Virus record (IMG/VR): IMGVR_UViG_3300032212_000700
Span: 1 to 24,132 of that record
Source of the DNA: a virus
Taxonomy: Duplodnaviria > Caudoviricetes
Direction: 5' to 3' (one strand)
DNA length: 24,132 nucleotides
Shown: positions 1-7,837 of the stretch, in pieces
Position numbering within the stretch: the first letter of the stretch is position 1
Layout of the letters: every line of letters starts with the position of its first letter
Program-made: the position numbers and the translations under genes
Notes under the pieces: generated by a model
Databases searched by the model: none
What the model saw: the letters and a program-made list of their open reading frames with translations, nothing else
Told to the model about the DNA's origin: nothing

Positions 1-44
1 TCATAACCCGAAGGTCATCGGTTCAAATCCGGTCCCCGCTACCA
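1..44 (+). tRNA. 3' half of initiator tRNA-fMet(CAT), probable att site; 5' half outside window
   Basis: TCATAA anticodon loop, CCCGA stem (three G-C pairs of initiators), T-arm ATCGG-TTCAAAT-CCGGT, acceptor CCCCGCT-ACCA. Confidence 0.9.
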
Positions 45-1671
45 CTTGAATTTTAGATTTAGAGAATGCAATTCGCATTAATCCAGCGTAACAGTTCTCG
101 ATCTCAGCATTCAGGTGTTTTCCAGAAATATCTGGCGACAAATTGATTTCTCCAAGTAACAACTTTAAATCATCTCTGATTCGAGGCACGTTGCTCAAAT
201 CAGTGCTTTCTAGATTTCTAACAATTGTTTTGTAAGTATCCGTAATACGCGGCATGATATCATGTACTTCTGCTGTTTCTTTCTCAGCAATTTTCAGTGC
301 GTTACTTAATTCCTGTTCGCGATATTCCAAGCTTCGAAGTTCTTCCAACGTAGTTTTTGTCCGAATGCCATCTCGAATCGCATCCATTATATTTGAAATA
401 TGTTTTTGTATCTTTTCCAGTTCCCGATTAATCTGTATGGTTGGATTATGAGGTTTAATAGTTTTCAATGTTGCTGCGACCTCAGATCTGAATAACTCAA
501 TAGCAGCGGGTGACAATAAATCTTGCTTGATGGTGCTCAGCAATATTAATTCTATTTTTTCCCGATCAATAGTAATGCTATTCGTACAACACGTTAAACC
601 TCGATTTTTACGCCCGCCACATCCATAACGTTTATTATTTACCATAGTGAAGTTGGCACCGCAGACGCCGCATTTTAAAAGTCCTGAAAGGATAAATTTC
701 TGAGCATTTTTATTACCCTTCATTTTTGTTAAAGCAGTTTGTTCATGAGACTTAATCGATTTATCTTTTTGTTGTTTCCTTACGGCATCCCATAATTTTT
801 GAGAAACAATTCTTAAATCGGGTAGTTCTTTTGTAATCCATTCATCTTTAGGGCGTTCCAGTCTTACGCGTTTACCGGTATCGGGATTGCGAACCCATTC
901 TGAGCGGTTCCAGATTGATAGGCCAATATATAATTGATTATTGAGAATACCTGTGCCTTTCTTTTTATGGCCAGTAATCGCGGTTTTAGTCCAGAGCTTG
1001 CCACGAGGTGGTGAAATACATAGCTGATTTAATTCGTTAGCAATCCAGGCAGGGGATTTTTTATCAATGCCGTACCAGTGTAATATTTTTCGTATTACTT
1101 CGGCTTGTTCATTGTTGATTTTGCGTTTTACCGAATCGATCAACGGCCGGCCGAGGGAATCTGTTTTAGTGGGGTGTTCAATGGCTTCATGGTCATAACC
1201 ATAACAACGACCACCGGCGTGATGGCCATCCTGGAATGTTTGCCGTAAACCGCGAATGGTTTTCTTTTTTAAGTCGGTGCGAAAAATATGATTAACAAAA
1301 CCTTTTGCGAATGCAGTCACTTCATGTCCGTCCCGTGATGAATCATAGCCATCAGCAACCGCAATCACACGCACATTCCGAAAAATCAATCGTTGCAGGG
1401 TTTTTTTCATTTCCGGATCATCACGCGACAAGCGCGACAAATCATCAATAAGCAGAACATCAAATTCGCCAAGTTCAGAGGCGTTCAGCATTGCTTGAAA
1501 GCCAGGGCGATCAATCAATACGCCACACATACCCGCATCCTGAAACGGCAAAGAAACTGACGTGCCGAATTCTTTCAGCGCAAATTCGTTAACAATCATT
1601 TGCTGACTGTCGATAGATGAATCAGTCTGGTCCTTGCCTTCTGAATAGCGGGCGTATGAGGCGATAATCAT
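1..1671 (-). CDS. Large serine recombinase (integrase), 556 aa
   Basis: YARYS catalytic serine, DDLSRLSR, recombinase domain, LSGLLKCGVCG zinc ribbon, coiled coil. Confidence 0.95.
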   Translation of the reverse strand: MIIASYARYSEGKDQTDSSIDSQQMIVNEFALKEFGTSVSLPFQDAGMCGVLIDRPGFQAMLNASELGEFDVLLIDDLSRLSRDDPEMKKTLQRLIFRNVRVIAVADGYDSSRDGHEVTAFAKGFVNHIFRTDLKKKTIRGLRQTFQDGHHAGGRCYGYDHEAIEHPTKTDSLGRPLIDSVKRKINNEQAEVIRKILHWYGIDKKSPAWIANELNQLCISPPRGKLWTKTAITGHKKKGTGILNNQLYIGLSIWNRSEWVRNPDTGKRVRLERPKDEWITKELPDLRIVSQKLWDAVRKQQKDKSIKSHEQTALTKMKGNKNAQKFILSGLLKCGVCGANFTMVNNKRYGCGGRKNRGLTCCTNSITIDREKIELILLSTIKQDLLSPAAIELFRSEVAATLKTIKPHNPTIQINRELEKIQKHISNIMDAIRDGIRTKTTLEELRSLEYREQELSNALKIAEKETAEVHDIMPRITDTYKTIVRNLESTDLSNVPRIRDDLKLLLGEINLSPDISGKHLNAEIENCYAGLMRIAFSKSKIQVVAGTGFEPMTFGL

Positions 1672-1812
1672 TTACTTCACTCTTATCAGTTTCGGTTGCG
1701 CTTGGCGTTGTTTCACATGCTCATCGACTGCGGCAGCAGCCAGTGATTTGATCAGCGCAGCCAGTTGAGGATGTAATTTGTCATTGTTTTTTCGACTATC
1801 TATGATATTCAC
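1672..1812 (-). CDS. 46-aa protein abutting integrase start; candidate directionality factor
   Basis: AAGGAGG at 1828-1822, GTG at 1812 in frame with the track ORF 1672..1890, TAA directly before integrase ATG. Confidence 0.55.
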   Translation of the reverse strand: MNIIDSRKNNDKLHPQLAALIKSLAAAAVDEHVKQRQAQPKLIRVK

Positions 1813-1816
1813 GATA

Positions 1817-1939
1817 TCACGCCTCCTTGATGGTCGCACTAATGCCATCACTAACAAACTCAATTGAATCAATGTAAAGGAATATTTCATAAACGTATAG
1901 CATTACGTCAGCTTCAGTAGAGGTGTTTTGTTTTGACAT
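1817..1939 (-). CDS. 40-aa hypothetical protein (MSKQNTSTEADVMLYVYEIFLYIDSIEFVSDGISATIKEA)
   Basis: Hand-translated; strong SD TAAGGAG; below the ORF-track cutoff. Confidence 0.5.
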   Translation of the reverse strand: MSKQNTSTEADVMLYVYEIFLYIDSIEFVSDGISATIKEA

Positions 1940-2138
1940 AATATGTCTCCTTATTTATTCCAGTCAGCCATTTCTTCCGCAAAACATTTAACAAATTCCA
2001 TAAATTTATTTAACAAGTTAGTTCAATAATTATATAAATTTCAATTGGTTAAAGATTATTTTGAAGTGCAAAACAATTAACATAATTATTTGTCTGGATT
2101 TAACAATTTCTATGAATAAGACAAAAATACATAGCACT

Positions 2139-2405
2139 TTAAGCTTGCTCATTATCTTCAGCGGATTCTGAAATAGCTGCCATACTTTCCATTTCTTTCA
2201 GCCAGCGCACACCCGCAGCTATAGCCAGGTCTTCGCTCAAATGCTCACCAACCGGTACAAGTTTCACATCACCAGCAAACGCATAAAAAACCGGCTCAAG
2301 TTCATCATTGATATCCAGTTTGGCAGCCACGCCAAAGCTCAACAAATAACGAATCTTTTCAAGATGGCTCATAGAAGCATAAGCCTGTCGATCAAACGTC
2401 TTCAT
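2139..2405 (-). CDS. Phage hypothetical protein, 88 aa
   Basis: GGAGG at 2414-2410 before ATG 2405; co-oriented with early operon. Confidence 0.65.
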   Translation of the reverse strand: MKTFDRQAYASMSHLEKIRYLLSFGVAAKLDINDELEPVFYAFAGDVKLVPVGEHLSEDLAIAAGVRWLKEMESMAAISESAEDNEQA

Positions 2406-2416
2406 ATAACCTCCAA

Positions 2417-2704
2417 TCACTTAACTGGCACTTTCTCAAACACTTCCGCCGCAAATGTTTCGCGTAATTCTTTTACTATCGAATCATTGCGCAACAAATC
2501 CGCATAAGCCGGATCCTCTCGCTGAATCTCTTTCCATCGCTGCCGTTGCTGTTCAATCGGCAAACGCCCTAAAAACACGTAACGCACATTCGGTTCATGT
2601 TTCAGAATCAGCGGCTGGCTATAACGCATCAACGGAAACTTGTTTCGTAATCGTTTCAGCTCTACCGCTTCACGCGCCAAATAATCGCGATTCATAAAAC
2701 TCAT
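2417..2704 (-). CDS. Phage hypothetical protein, 95 aa
   Basis: ORF in operon; no clear SD. Confidence 0.6.
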   Translation of the reverse strand: MSFMNRDYLAREAVELKRLRNKFPLMRYSQPLILKHEPNVRYVFLGRLPIEQQRQRWKEIQREDPAYADLLRNDSIVKELRETFAAEVFEKVPVK

Positions 2705-2709
2705 ACGTT

Positions 2710-2758
2710 AAAAAAAGCATGACGGGCAAAAAATTGGGAGGCCATCACCCGCCATGCT
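2710..2758 (-). terminator. Large-loop hairpin followed by U-tract
   Basis: Minus strand AGCATGGCGGG...CCCGTCATGCT followed by TTTTTT. Confidence 0.55.
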
Positions 2759-2759
2759 A

Positions 2760-3086
2760 TCAACTCACCAACTCATTATCTGTTGGAACAGTTTCGACTA
2801 GAGCTTTAGTGGGAAAGCCCCGATCAAACACAATTGCTCGGATACACACGCACCAACATAATGTGCTGCAAATATAAATAAACTTATCTCGATCGACGGT
2901 AAAATTTTGATGAAAGCCGTTAACCGGATGAGAAAGCAAAACAATCGTGTCAAACTCGTTTTTATCAAACACGCATTCCAGCGAAAAAAACCAACCATCG
3001 TCCAGGTACAAGCTATCGCCCATGTTTAACCAATGACGTTTACCCACAGGTAATTTAGGATTCACTAACTTAACCAGTTGTCCCAT
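2760..3086 (-). CDS. Phage hypothetical protein, 108 aa
   Basis: ORF with upstream AGGGGG SD-like motif, in operon. Confidence 0.55.
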   Translation of the reverse strand: MGQLVKLVNPKLPVGKRHWLNMGDSLYLDDGWFFSLECVFDKNEFDTIVLLSHPVNGFHQNFTVDRDKFIYICSTLCWCVCIRAIVFDRGFPTKALVETVPTDNELVS

Positions 3087-3101
3087 ACATAGCCCCCTGC
3101 T

Positions 3102-3173
3102 TTAAAGCGAACCAAGTAACGTAATAAAAACCAGGGCCAATAAAACCCACAACGCAAATAAAATATGACTCAT
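3102..3173 (-). CDS. 23-aa single-transmembrane peptide (MSHILFALWVLLALVFITLLGSL)
   Basis: Hand-translated; TAATG overlap with the CII-like stop. Confidence 0.45.
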   Translation of the reverse strand: MSHILFALWVLLALVFITLLGSL

Positions 3174-3670
3174 TACGCTGCCTCCGAATCTGGTTTATCA
3201 ATGATTTTTTCCAGCCGTTTATGCAACTCAAACGCTACTCGCAACACATCTTCCCATTCACGAGTAATTTTCGTGTGTTCAGCAGCGGTGTACTCGCCGT
3301 CTGCCAGGGCTTCTTCTATGGCGGATGCATGTTCACCTACTTCCTTAATCAGTCGGGTGTAACAACTCAAAATTTCCACGTCTGAAACGTTTTCATAATT
3401 GCCAAGCTTGATAGAAAGGCGGCCCAGAAAATGGGCATCCTCTTCATGCATGCGGTGATCCTCTGTCATGCGCTGAATGATCACTGATTCGATGTGGCCC
3501 AGCTTGTGAGTGCGCATATTGGCGTTAACATTGTTGCTTAAGGTGCCAGCGGGAATACCGGTAACAAACGAAACGGCAATCGCACCGCGTAATGCCTTCT
3601 TACCTTTTGGCGTAAATCGAAATTCATGAATCGTTTTATGTTCTGCTTCCTGCAACTGATATATATTCAT
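3173..3670 (-). CDS. Phage regulatory CII-family (186 CII/CP76-like) protein
   Basis: N-terminal HTH-like GIPAGTLSNNVN..HKL; C-terminal KEVGE..SAIEEALADG..T..E motif. Confidence 0.75.
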   Translation of the reverse strand: MNIYQLQEAEHKTIHEFRFTPKGKKALRGAIAVSFVTGIPAGTLSNNVNANMRTHKLGHIESVIIQRMTEDHRMHEEDAHFLGRLSIKLGNYENVSDVEILSCYTRLIKEVGEHASAIEEALADGEYTAAEHTKITREWEDVLRVAFELHKRLEKIIDKPDSEAA

Positions 3671-3782
3671 GTGAATTCTCCCTGTTGTTTCACTTTCCTG
3701 TTTTCAGACAAGCCACTACCCTCACCGATAAAGGTGATAAACAGGCTGTGAATTTGGAACGGTTAGTTAAGAATAATTTTGT

Positions 3783-3816
3783 AAAAACTTGCGGTAAGCC
3801 CCACGTCTTACCGCAA
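3783..3816 (-). terminator. Intrinsic terminator after antirepressor-like gene
   Basis: Perfect 10-bp stem TTGCGGTAAG/CTTACCGCAA, 8-nt loop, GTTTTT tail. Confidence 0.65.
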
Positions 3817-3821
3817 TGGAT

Positions 3822-4457
3822 TTATTTACCCGTTGGGAATAAATCGCCCTGCGCAGGCAGTGCAAGTGCGCCATCAAGTACTTCGTCGATATATCGCAAC
3901 GTTTTGTTGCGTAAATCGTTATTTTTCAGGTGTGCAGCTTTGCTGATCATGGAAACCACTTTATTGGCTTCATTAATTCGCTGTTCTCGGCCTTTATTGA
4001 TATCTAAAGCAGCTCCAGCAATACGTCCGGCTTTTTCCATTTGTAATAAATACAGCTTGACGAGTTTGGCGGCATCTGAGGTGCCTTGCATGCCGGCGAG
4101 TAAAAATACTTCCCAGCCGACAAAAACAGAACGATGGTCATTCGGGCTAAGATTGAATATTTTTTCGGCATCGATTCGCACATTTTGTGCGAATCCCCCC
4201 ATGGATAAGGTCTCCAAATCGTATCTTTCACAGACCATCCGCAATCCGGACTCACCTTTGTACCCCATAATACGAGCGATTTCCCCACGGGTCGTCAAAC
4301 GTTTTCCATGAACCTCGATCGTTTTAAAACCAAAATGCTGAGCAGCTTTTTCAAACATTTCGTTTTCGGTTTTACGGTCAATCTCACTCAGCAGTTCACG
4401 CACTTCCTTTGTATTGTCTTCCATTACCGCAATCTGCAAATTCAACATCGATGGCAT
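3822..4457 (-). CDS. Putative antirepressor (Bro-N/Ant-like DNA-binding protein)
   Basis: LTTRGEIARIMGY motif, SDAAKLVKLYL helix, position in early operon. Confidence 0.55.
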   Translation of the reverse strand: MPSMLNLQIAVMEDNTKEVRELLSEIDRKTENEMFEKAAQHFGFKTIEVHGKRLTTRGEIARIMGYKGESGLRMVCERYDLETLSMGGFAQNVRIDAEKIFNLSPNDHRSVFVGWEVFLLAGMQGTSDAAKLVKLYLLQMEKAGRIAGAALDINKGREQRINEANKVVSMISKAAHLKNNDLRNKTLRYIDEVLDGALALPAQGDLFPTGK

Positions 4458-4484
4458 ATCTATTTTCCTAATATTGAGCGGCGA

Positions 4485-4670
4485 TTAAGCCACGTCTTCC
4501 AGTTTTTCCAGTATCGGTTGCAGGTACAAACGCGCTTGTCTGCCCAAGCTTCGATGCTCCTTTTCAGCGATTCGCTCCAGCTTGGCAAACAACTGTACTG
4601 GCAATCGGACGTGGACATAGGGCAAGTCTCTGACTTTTTCTTTTTGTCCGTTAGCGGGGTTCTTATTCAT
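4485..4670 (-). CDS. Arc/Mnt-like ribbon-helix-helix regulator
   Basis: YVHVRLP strand, LERIAEKEHRSL helices; SD AAGGAG. Confidence 0.8.
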   Translation of the reverse strand: MNKNPANGQKEKVRDLPYVHVRLPVQLFAKLERIAEKEHRSLGRQARLYLQPILEKLEDVA

Positions 4671-4717
4671 ATTTACTCCTTTGTGTTAAGCTGCGACCAA
4701 TATTGATCCATGTGTCT

Positions 4718-4766
4718 ATGTTAGTACCACTAATGGAACTATGCAATATAAATATTCCATTAGTGG
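4718..4766 (-). promoter_or_regulatory. Leftward early promoter with paired operators
   Basis: TTGCAT(4746-4741)-17 bp-TAACAT(4723-4718); inverted 12-mers CCACTAATGGAA 4727-4738 and TTCCATTAGTGG 4755-4766. Confidence 0.7.
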
Positions 4767-4819
4767 GATATAAATAATTTATTGACTACTTTGATTAATT
4801 TTATAACTTGAGTTGATTT

Positions 4820-5659
4820 GTGGACTTCTTATCTAGATTAAAAACAGTATTAGCTGATAGAAAACCCACTCCCTGGGGAACGAGCATTGGTTTATCACGT
4901 AGCTCGATCTCAAGAATTCAGGAAGGAAAAATGCCTGGAGCAGATGGCCTGTCAGCAATCTGCCGCGCCGAAAATGTATCCATCAGTTGGCTGTTAACCG
5001 GCGCAGGCGCACCCTATATTGTCGCCCAATGCGCAGACGATGACGATGCACTGGATTATTTCAATGCGCTCATGGAAGAATCGGGTTGGGATATCACGAT
5101 CATGACCGACGGTGACCGCTTTGCCCTGGTGCTTTACCGCCCGGGATCGTTCGAAACCAGCAACGGTAAAACTGTGGAATACCCGATTTTAGAAATAATC
5201 AGTAATGTTGGCCCTTTCACTTTGAAAGCAGTAAGAGGGCAGGCTAAAACATCCGTGTTAGACGAGAAAGAATTAAGTCGGTTGATAACTGGCTGGGCTC
5301 CGAATGCACGTATTCTAGAATACTTGGCACGGGCAACCGAAAAAGATATTCACCAAATCGCCGAGGCTGAAGTTAGTTACGATGTCGAAATTGCTCGATT
5401 GGTTCGTTTATTTAAAACATTACCAACAGAAGACAGGGATTATGTACTTAGTTGGATGGAATCCCTCAGCAATAATCTATTGCTAAGATGTATACACGAA
5501 GTTGAAAACGCATTGGATGCTGAGGGTATTAGTTTGCCGCGTGATGAAGTCATGCGGTTGGCGCAAAAGGTTTATGCCCAGGCGCGAGAACTCGGTGCGA
5601 ACGCCAATCAAGTTGGCGAAGTAATCAACATGGCTGATGCGCTTGCGAACAAGCGATAA
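4820..5659 (+). CDS. CI-like repressor (N-terminal HTH, no evident S24 domain)
   Basis: GLSRSSISRIQEGKMPG...NVSISWLLTG; divergent from early operon. Confidence 0.8.
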   Translation: MDFLSRLKTVLADRKPTPWGTSIGLSRSSISRIQEGKMPGADGLSAICRAENVSISWLLTGAGAPYIVAQCADDDDALDYFNALMEESGWDITIMTDGDRFALVLYRPGSFETSNGKTVEYPILEIISNVGPFTLKAVRGQAKTSVLDEKELSRLITGWAPNARILEYLARATEKDIHQIAEAEVSYDVEIARLVRLFKTLPTEDRDYVLSWMESLSNNLLLRCIHEVENALDAEGISLPRDEVMRLAQKVYAQARELGANANQVGEVINMADALANKR

Positions 5660-5858
5660 TGTATTCCAACGCCAATTGTTTATCACCGTCAAATGCAGCA
5701 ATGATTTTATTGATTCTGACAGTTTCGATATCAATATGACTTTTAATTGCTTCAATTTCTATCGTTTTCATCCACACTTCATAAGCCGGAATTGAAAATG
5801 AAAAAAGCGCAATGGCAAACAGCAGCAACAAAATTGCAAGCAATGTTTTTGAGTTCAT
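5625..5858 (-). CDS. 77-aa protein with N-terminal TM/signal segment
   Basis: Hydrophobic LLAILLLLFAIALFSF; SD AGAGG; overlaps repressor 3' end. Confidence 0.55.
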   Translation of the reverse strand: MNSKTLLAILLLLFAIALFSFSIPAYEVWMKTIEIEAIKSHIDIETVRINKIIAAFDGDKQLALEYIIACSQAHQPC

Positions 5859-5918
5859 CAATAACCTCTGTGTGCAACCGCCAGAGGTTATCCATGATTA
5901 AAAAATCGTTACAACTGG

Positions 5919-6074
5919 CTAAAAACTTAAAATCAATACATCAGATATTATAAAACCGGCAATGATTATCAACACATACCCCCATTCAATAGAAGTCTTT
6001 TCAGTGTTGTTAGTTACAGGCTCATCAATATATTGTTTAACAGCTTCTTTCGCAAAATTTCTAACAATGTCCAT
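5919..6074 (-). CDS. 51-aa protein with C-terminal TM segment
   Basis: Hand-translated MDIVRNFAKE...WGYVLIIIAGFIISDVLILSF; GGAGG 6 nt before ATG. Confidence 0.55.
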   Translation of the reverse strand: MDIVRNFAKEAVKQYIDEPVTNNTEKTSIEWGYVLIIIAGFIISDVLILSF

Positions 6075-6217
6075 ACCCCGCCTCCACGTTTATCCATAAC
6101 GTAATATTTGTAAATACTAATATATAAAAAAAGTCGGGCTTTGACTATAGAGCGAAAGGATTAAAAATGGGTAAAGAATCCTATAGTAAAAACAGAGGTT
6201 TTATGGAATAGAATTTT

Positions 6218-6245
6218 AAACAAACAAACAAACAAACAAACAAAC
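6218..6245 (+). repeat. (AAAC)7 simple sequence repeat
   Basis: Seven perfect units, followed by TATAAT at 6250-6255. Confidence 0.95.
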
Positions 6246-6287
6246 AAAATATAATAATATGCTTAAGATAACAGCAGGAATTGATCA

Positions 6288-6995
6288 ATGAAAAACCAGA
6301 ACTATCATATTTTAATCGTTGTTATGTTCGCGCTCGTCGGTTGTGCAACATTAGTTGCACCAAAATTAAACACAATAAACACGCCGAACGTAAAAACTGA
6401 ACAAACTGCCGAAGTAGGCAATGCGATTATAAAGCACGCGCTAACCTACACAAAGCCAGGCATTTATATTGATGAAGATGTGACAATTGAAAATAAACAA
6501 AAAAAATTCACACTCAATGCCGGGTCACTTATTGCACGATCAACCGAAAAAAATAAAAAGCAAACTTACATTATTCCCACTGGCCGCATTACATTGTTTG
6601 ATAAACAATCACAAACAACCGAATCCCTGGGCGAATATATACTGGTGTTAGATGATAACAAGGCAAAAATCATCAGTTTCCAGGGCCGAAGTAAAAAAAT
6701 ACCATCCCCGGCACAGCTGCCAAACCTCACCAGACTAGAAAATATCGCGGTTGGTCCTACGCAATTCGAACAACAATTAGTCTACACCGGCAAAACCGGC
6801 AATGTTATATACCTCAAATACCGTGAATATAAAAACAACATGGCACGTGATGCATTCACACAAGATGTTCAATTTGACATCAGCAGTGAAAAATTAATTG
6901 GTTTCAAAGGCGCGAGAATAGAAGTACTAAACGCCAGCAATACACAGATTGAATATCGGGTGTTGAAGGGGTTTACCGGAAAATTTTCTCAGTAA
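6288..6995 (+). CDS. Lipoprotein, probable moron
   Basis: Signal peptide with lipobox LVGC; opposite strand to tail genes. Confidence 0.8.
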   Translation: MKNQNYHILIVVMFALVGCATLVAPKLNTINTPNVKTEQTAEVGNAIIKHALTYTKPGIYIDEDVTIENKQKKFTLNAGSLIARSTEKNKKQTYIIPTGRITLFDKQSQTTESLGEYILVLDDNKAKIISFQGRSKKIPSPAQLPNLTRLENIAVGPTQFEQQLVYTGKTGNVIYLKYREYKNNMARDAFTQDVQFDISSEKLIGFKGARIEVLNASNTQIEYRVLKGFTGKFSQ

Positions 6996-7837
6996 ATATA
7001 GCCGACAAGTCTAATATCGGAAATTATGGTGCATTGCGATGATACAGTCGTTTGATACTCAAATTCATAAGCAGCATTGAGGGCAACGGTACACTCACTA
7101 AAATCAATTGCCCTGTTAAGGTCAAGACTGTTATCCTGTGAAGCCCATCCCCTGGCCCTTCTAGTTTCCAAAGTTAAAGTGCTACCTTTTCGCCGAATGT
7201 AAAGCGTGCCTCCACCAGTGGCATACTGGTCTGTTTGATCGGCAGTAACTTCAACATAGGCACGAAATATTGCCGCTTTCGCATTATTAGCCGACAGAAT
7301 ATCAAACGCCTCACCACTGCTTACGGTCGTCCATGCGACTGCACCATTAAACGATGCAACCAAAACAGGATCAGGCAATATCTCGATTCCTCCAGGGCTA
7401 GGATGCGTATGATCACCCGCCGCCACCGTACCAGCAATCGTGCCTGTGTCTTTACTTGCAGCATCACCGAAAACAATCAAACCGCTATGCCAAACGAAAT
7501 GCTCACTGCCTGTGATATCTTCTATAACCCATTGATCAAATACCGAACTCCATCCAAAAGTTCGCCAAACATTATTATTATCATCATAAAACTCAATACT
7601 TGAATCACCTAAACCATTAAGGCCCACCCGCAAGGTTTTCTCAAACTGCCAATTACCAGCAACGACCTCATCAGTTACAATCACTTCATTAATGGTCACA
7701 TAATTATTCAACACATGCGCATCAACTTTATCAATCACATCCTGCAACACAGCATGCCAGTTATACGCGCCATCCTTGGGCACCGGCAAATTCAGATTCG
7801 GCGTAAAATACTCAACGGTTTCTGGATCAAAAGCCAT
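6989..7837 (-). CDS. Putative tail fibre/receptor-binding protein
   Basis: Last tail gene; TPNLNLPVP N-terminus, GTVAAGDHTH motif, beta-rich C-terminus. Confidence 0.65.
   Translation of the reverse strand: MAFDPETVEYFTPNLNLPVPKDGAYNWHAVLQDVIDKVDAHVLNNYVTINEVIVTDEVVAGNWQFEKTLRVGLNGLGDSSIEFYDDNNNVWRTFGWSSVFDQWVIEDITGSEHFVWHSGLIVFGDAASKDTGTIAGTVAAGDHTHPSPGGIEILPDPVLVASFNGAVAWTTVSSGEAFDILSANNAKAAIFRAYVEVTADQTDQYATGGGTLYIRRKGSTLTLETRRARGWASQDNSLDLNRAIDFSECTVALNAAYEFEYQTTVSSQCTIISDIRLVGYIY

Noticed and set aside
1813-1890. 72-aa version of the ORF before the integrase
   Set aside because: Strong SD favours GTG 1812; the extension overlaps the 40-aa ORF
2118-2127. AAGACAAAAA as a third late-promoter copy
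   Set aside because: Only 10 bp in AT-rich DNA, lacking the GC half and second box
4593-4610. Possible LexA box before the antirepressor-like gene
   Set aside because: CTGT half present but no ACAG half at the correct spacing
3685-4706. 208-aa and 132-aa plus-strand ORFs
   Set aside because: Antisense to better-supported antirepressor-like and RHH genes
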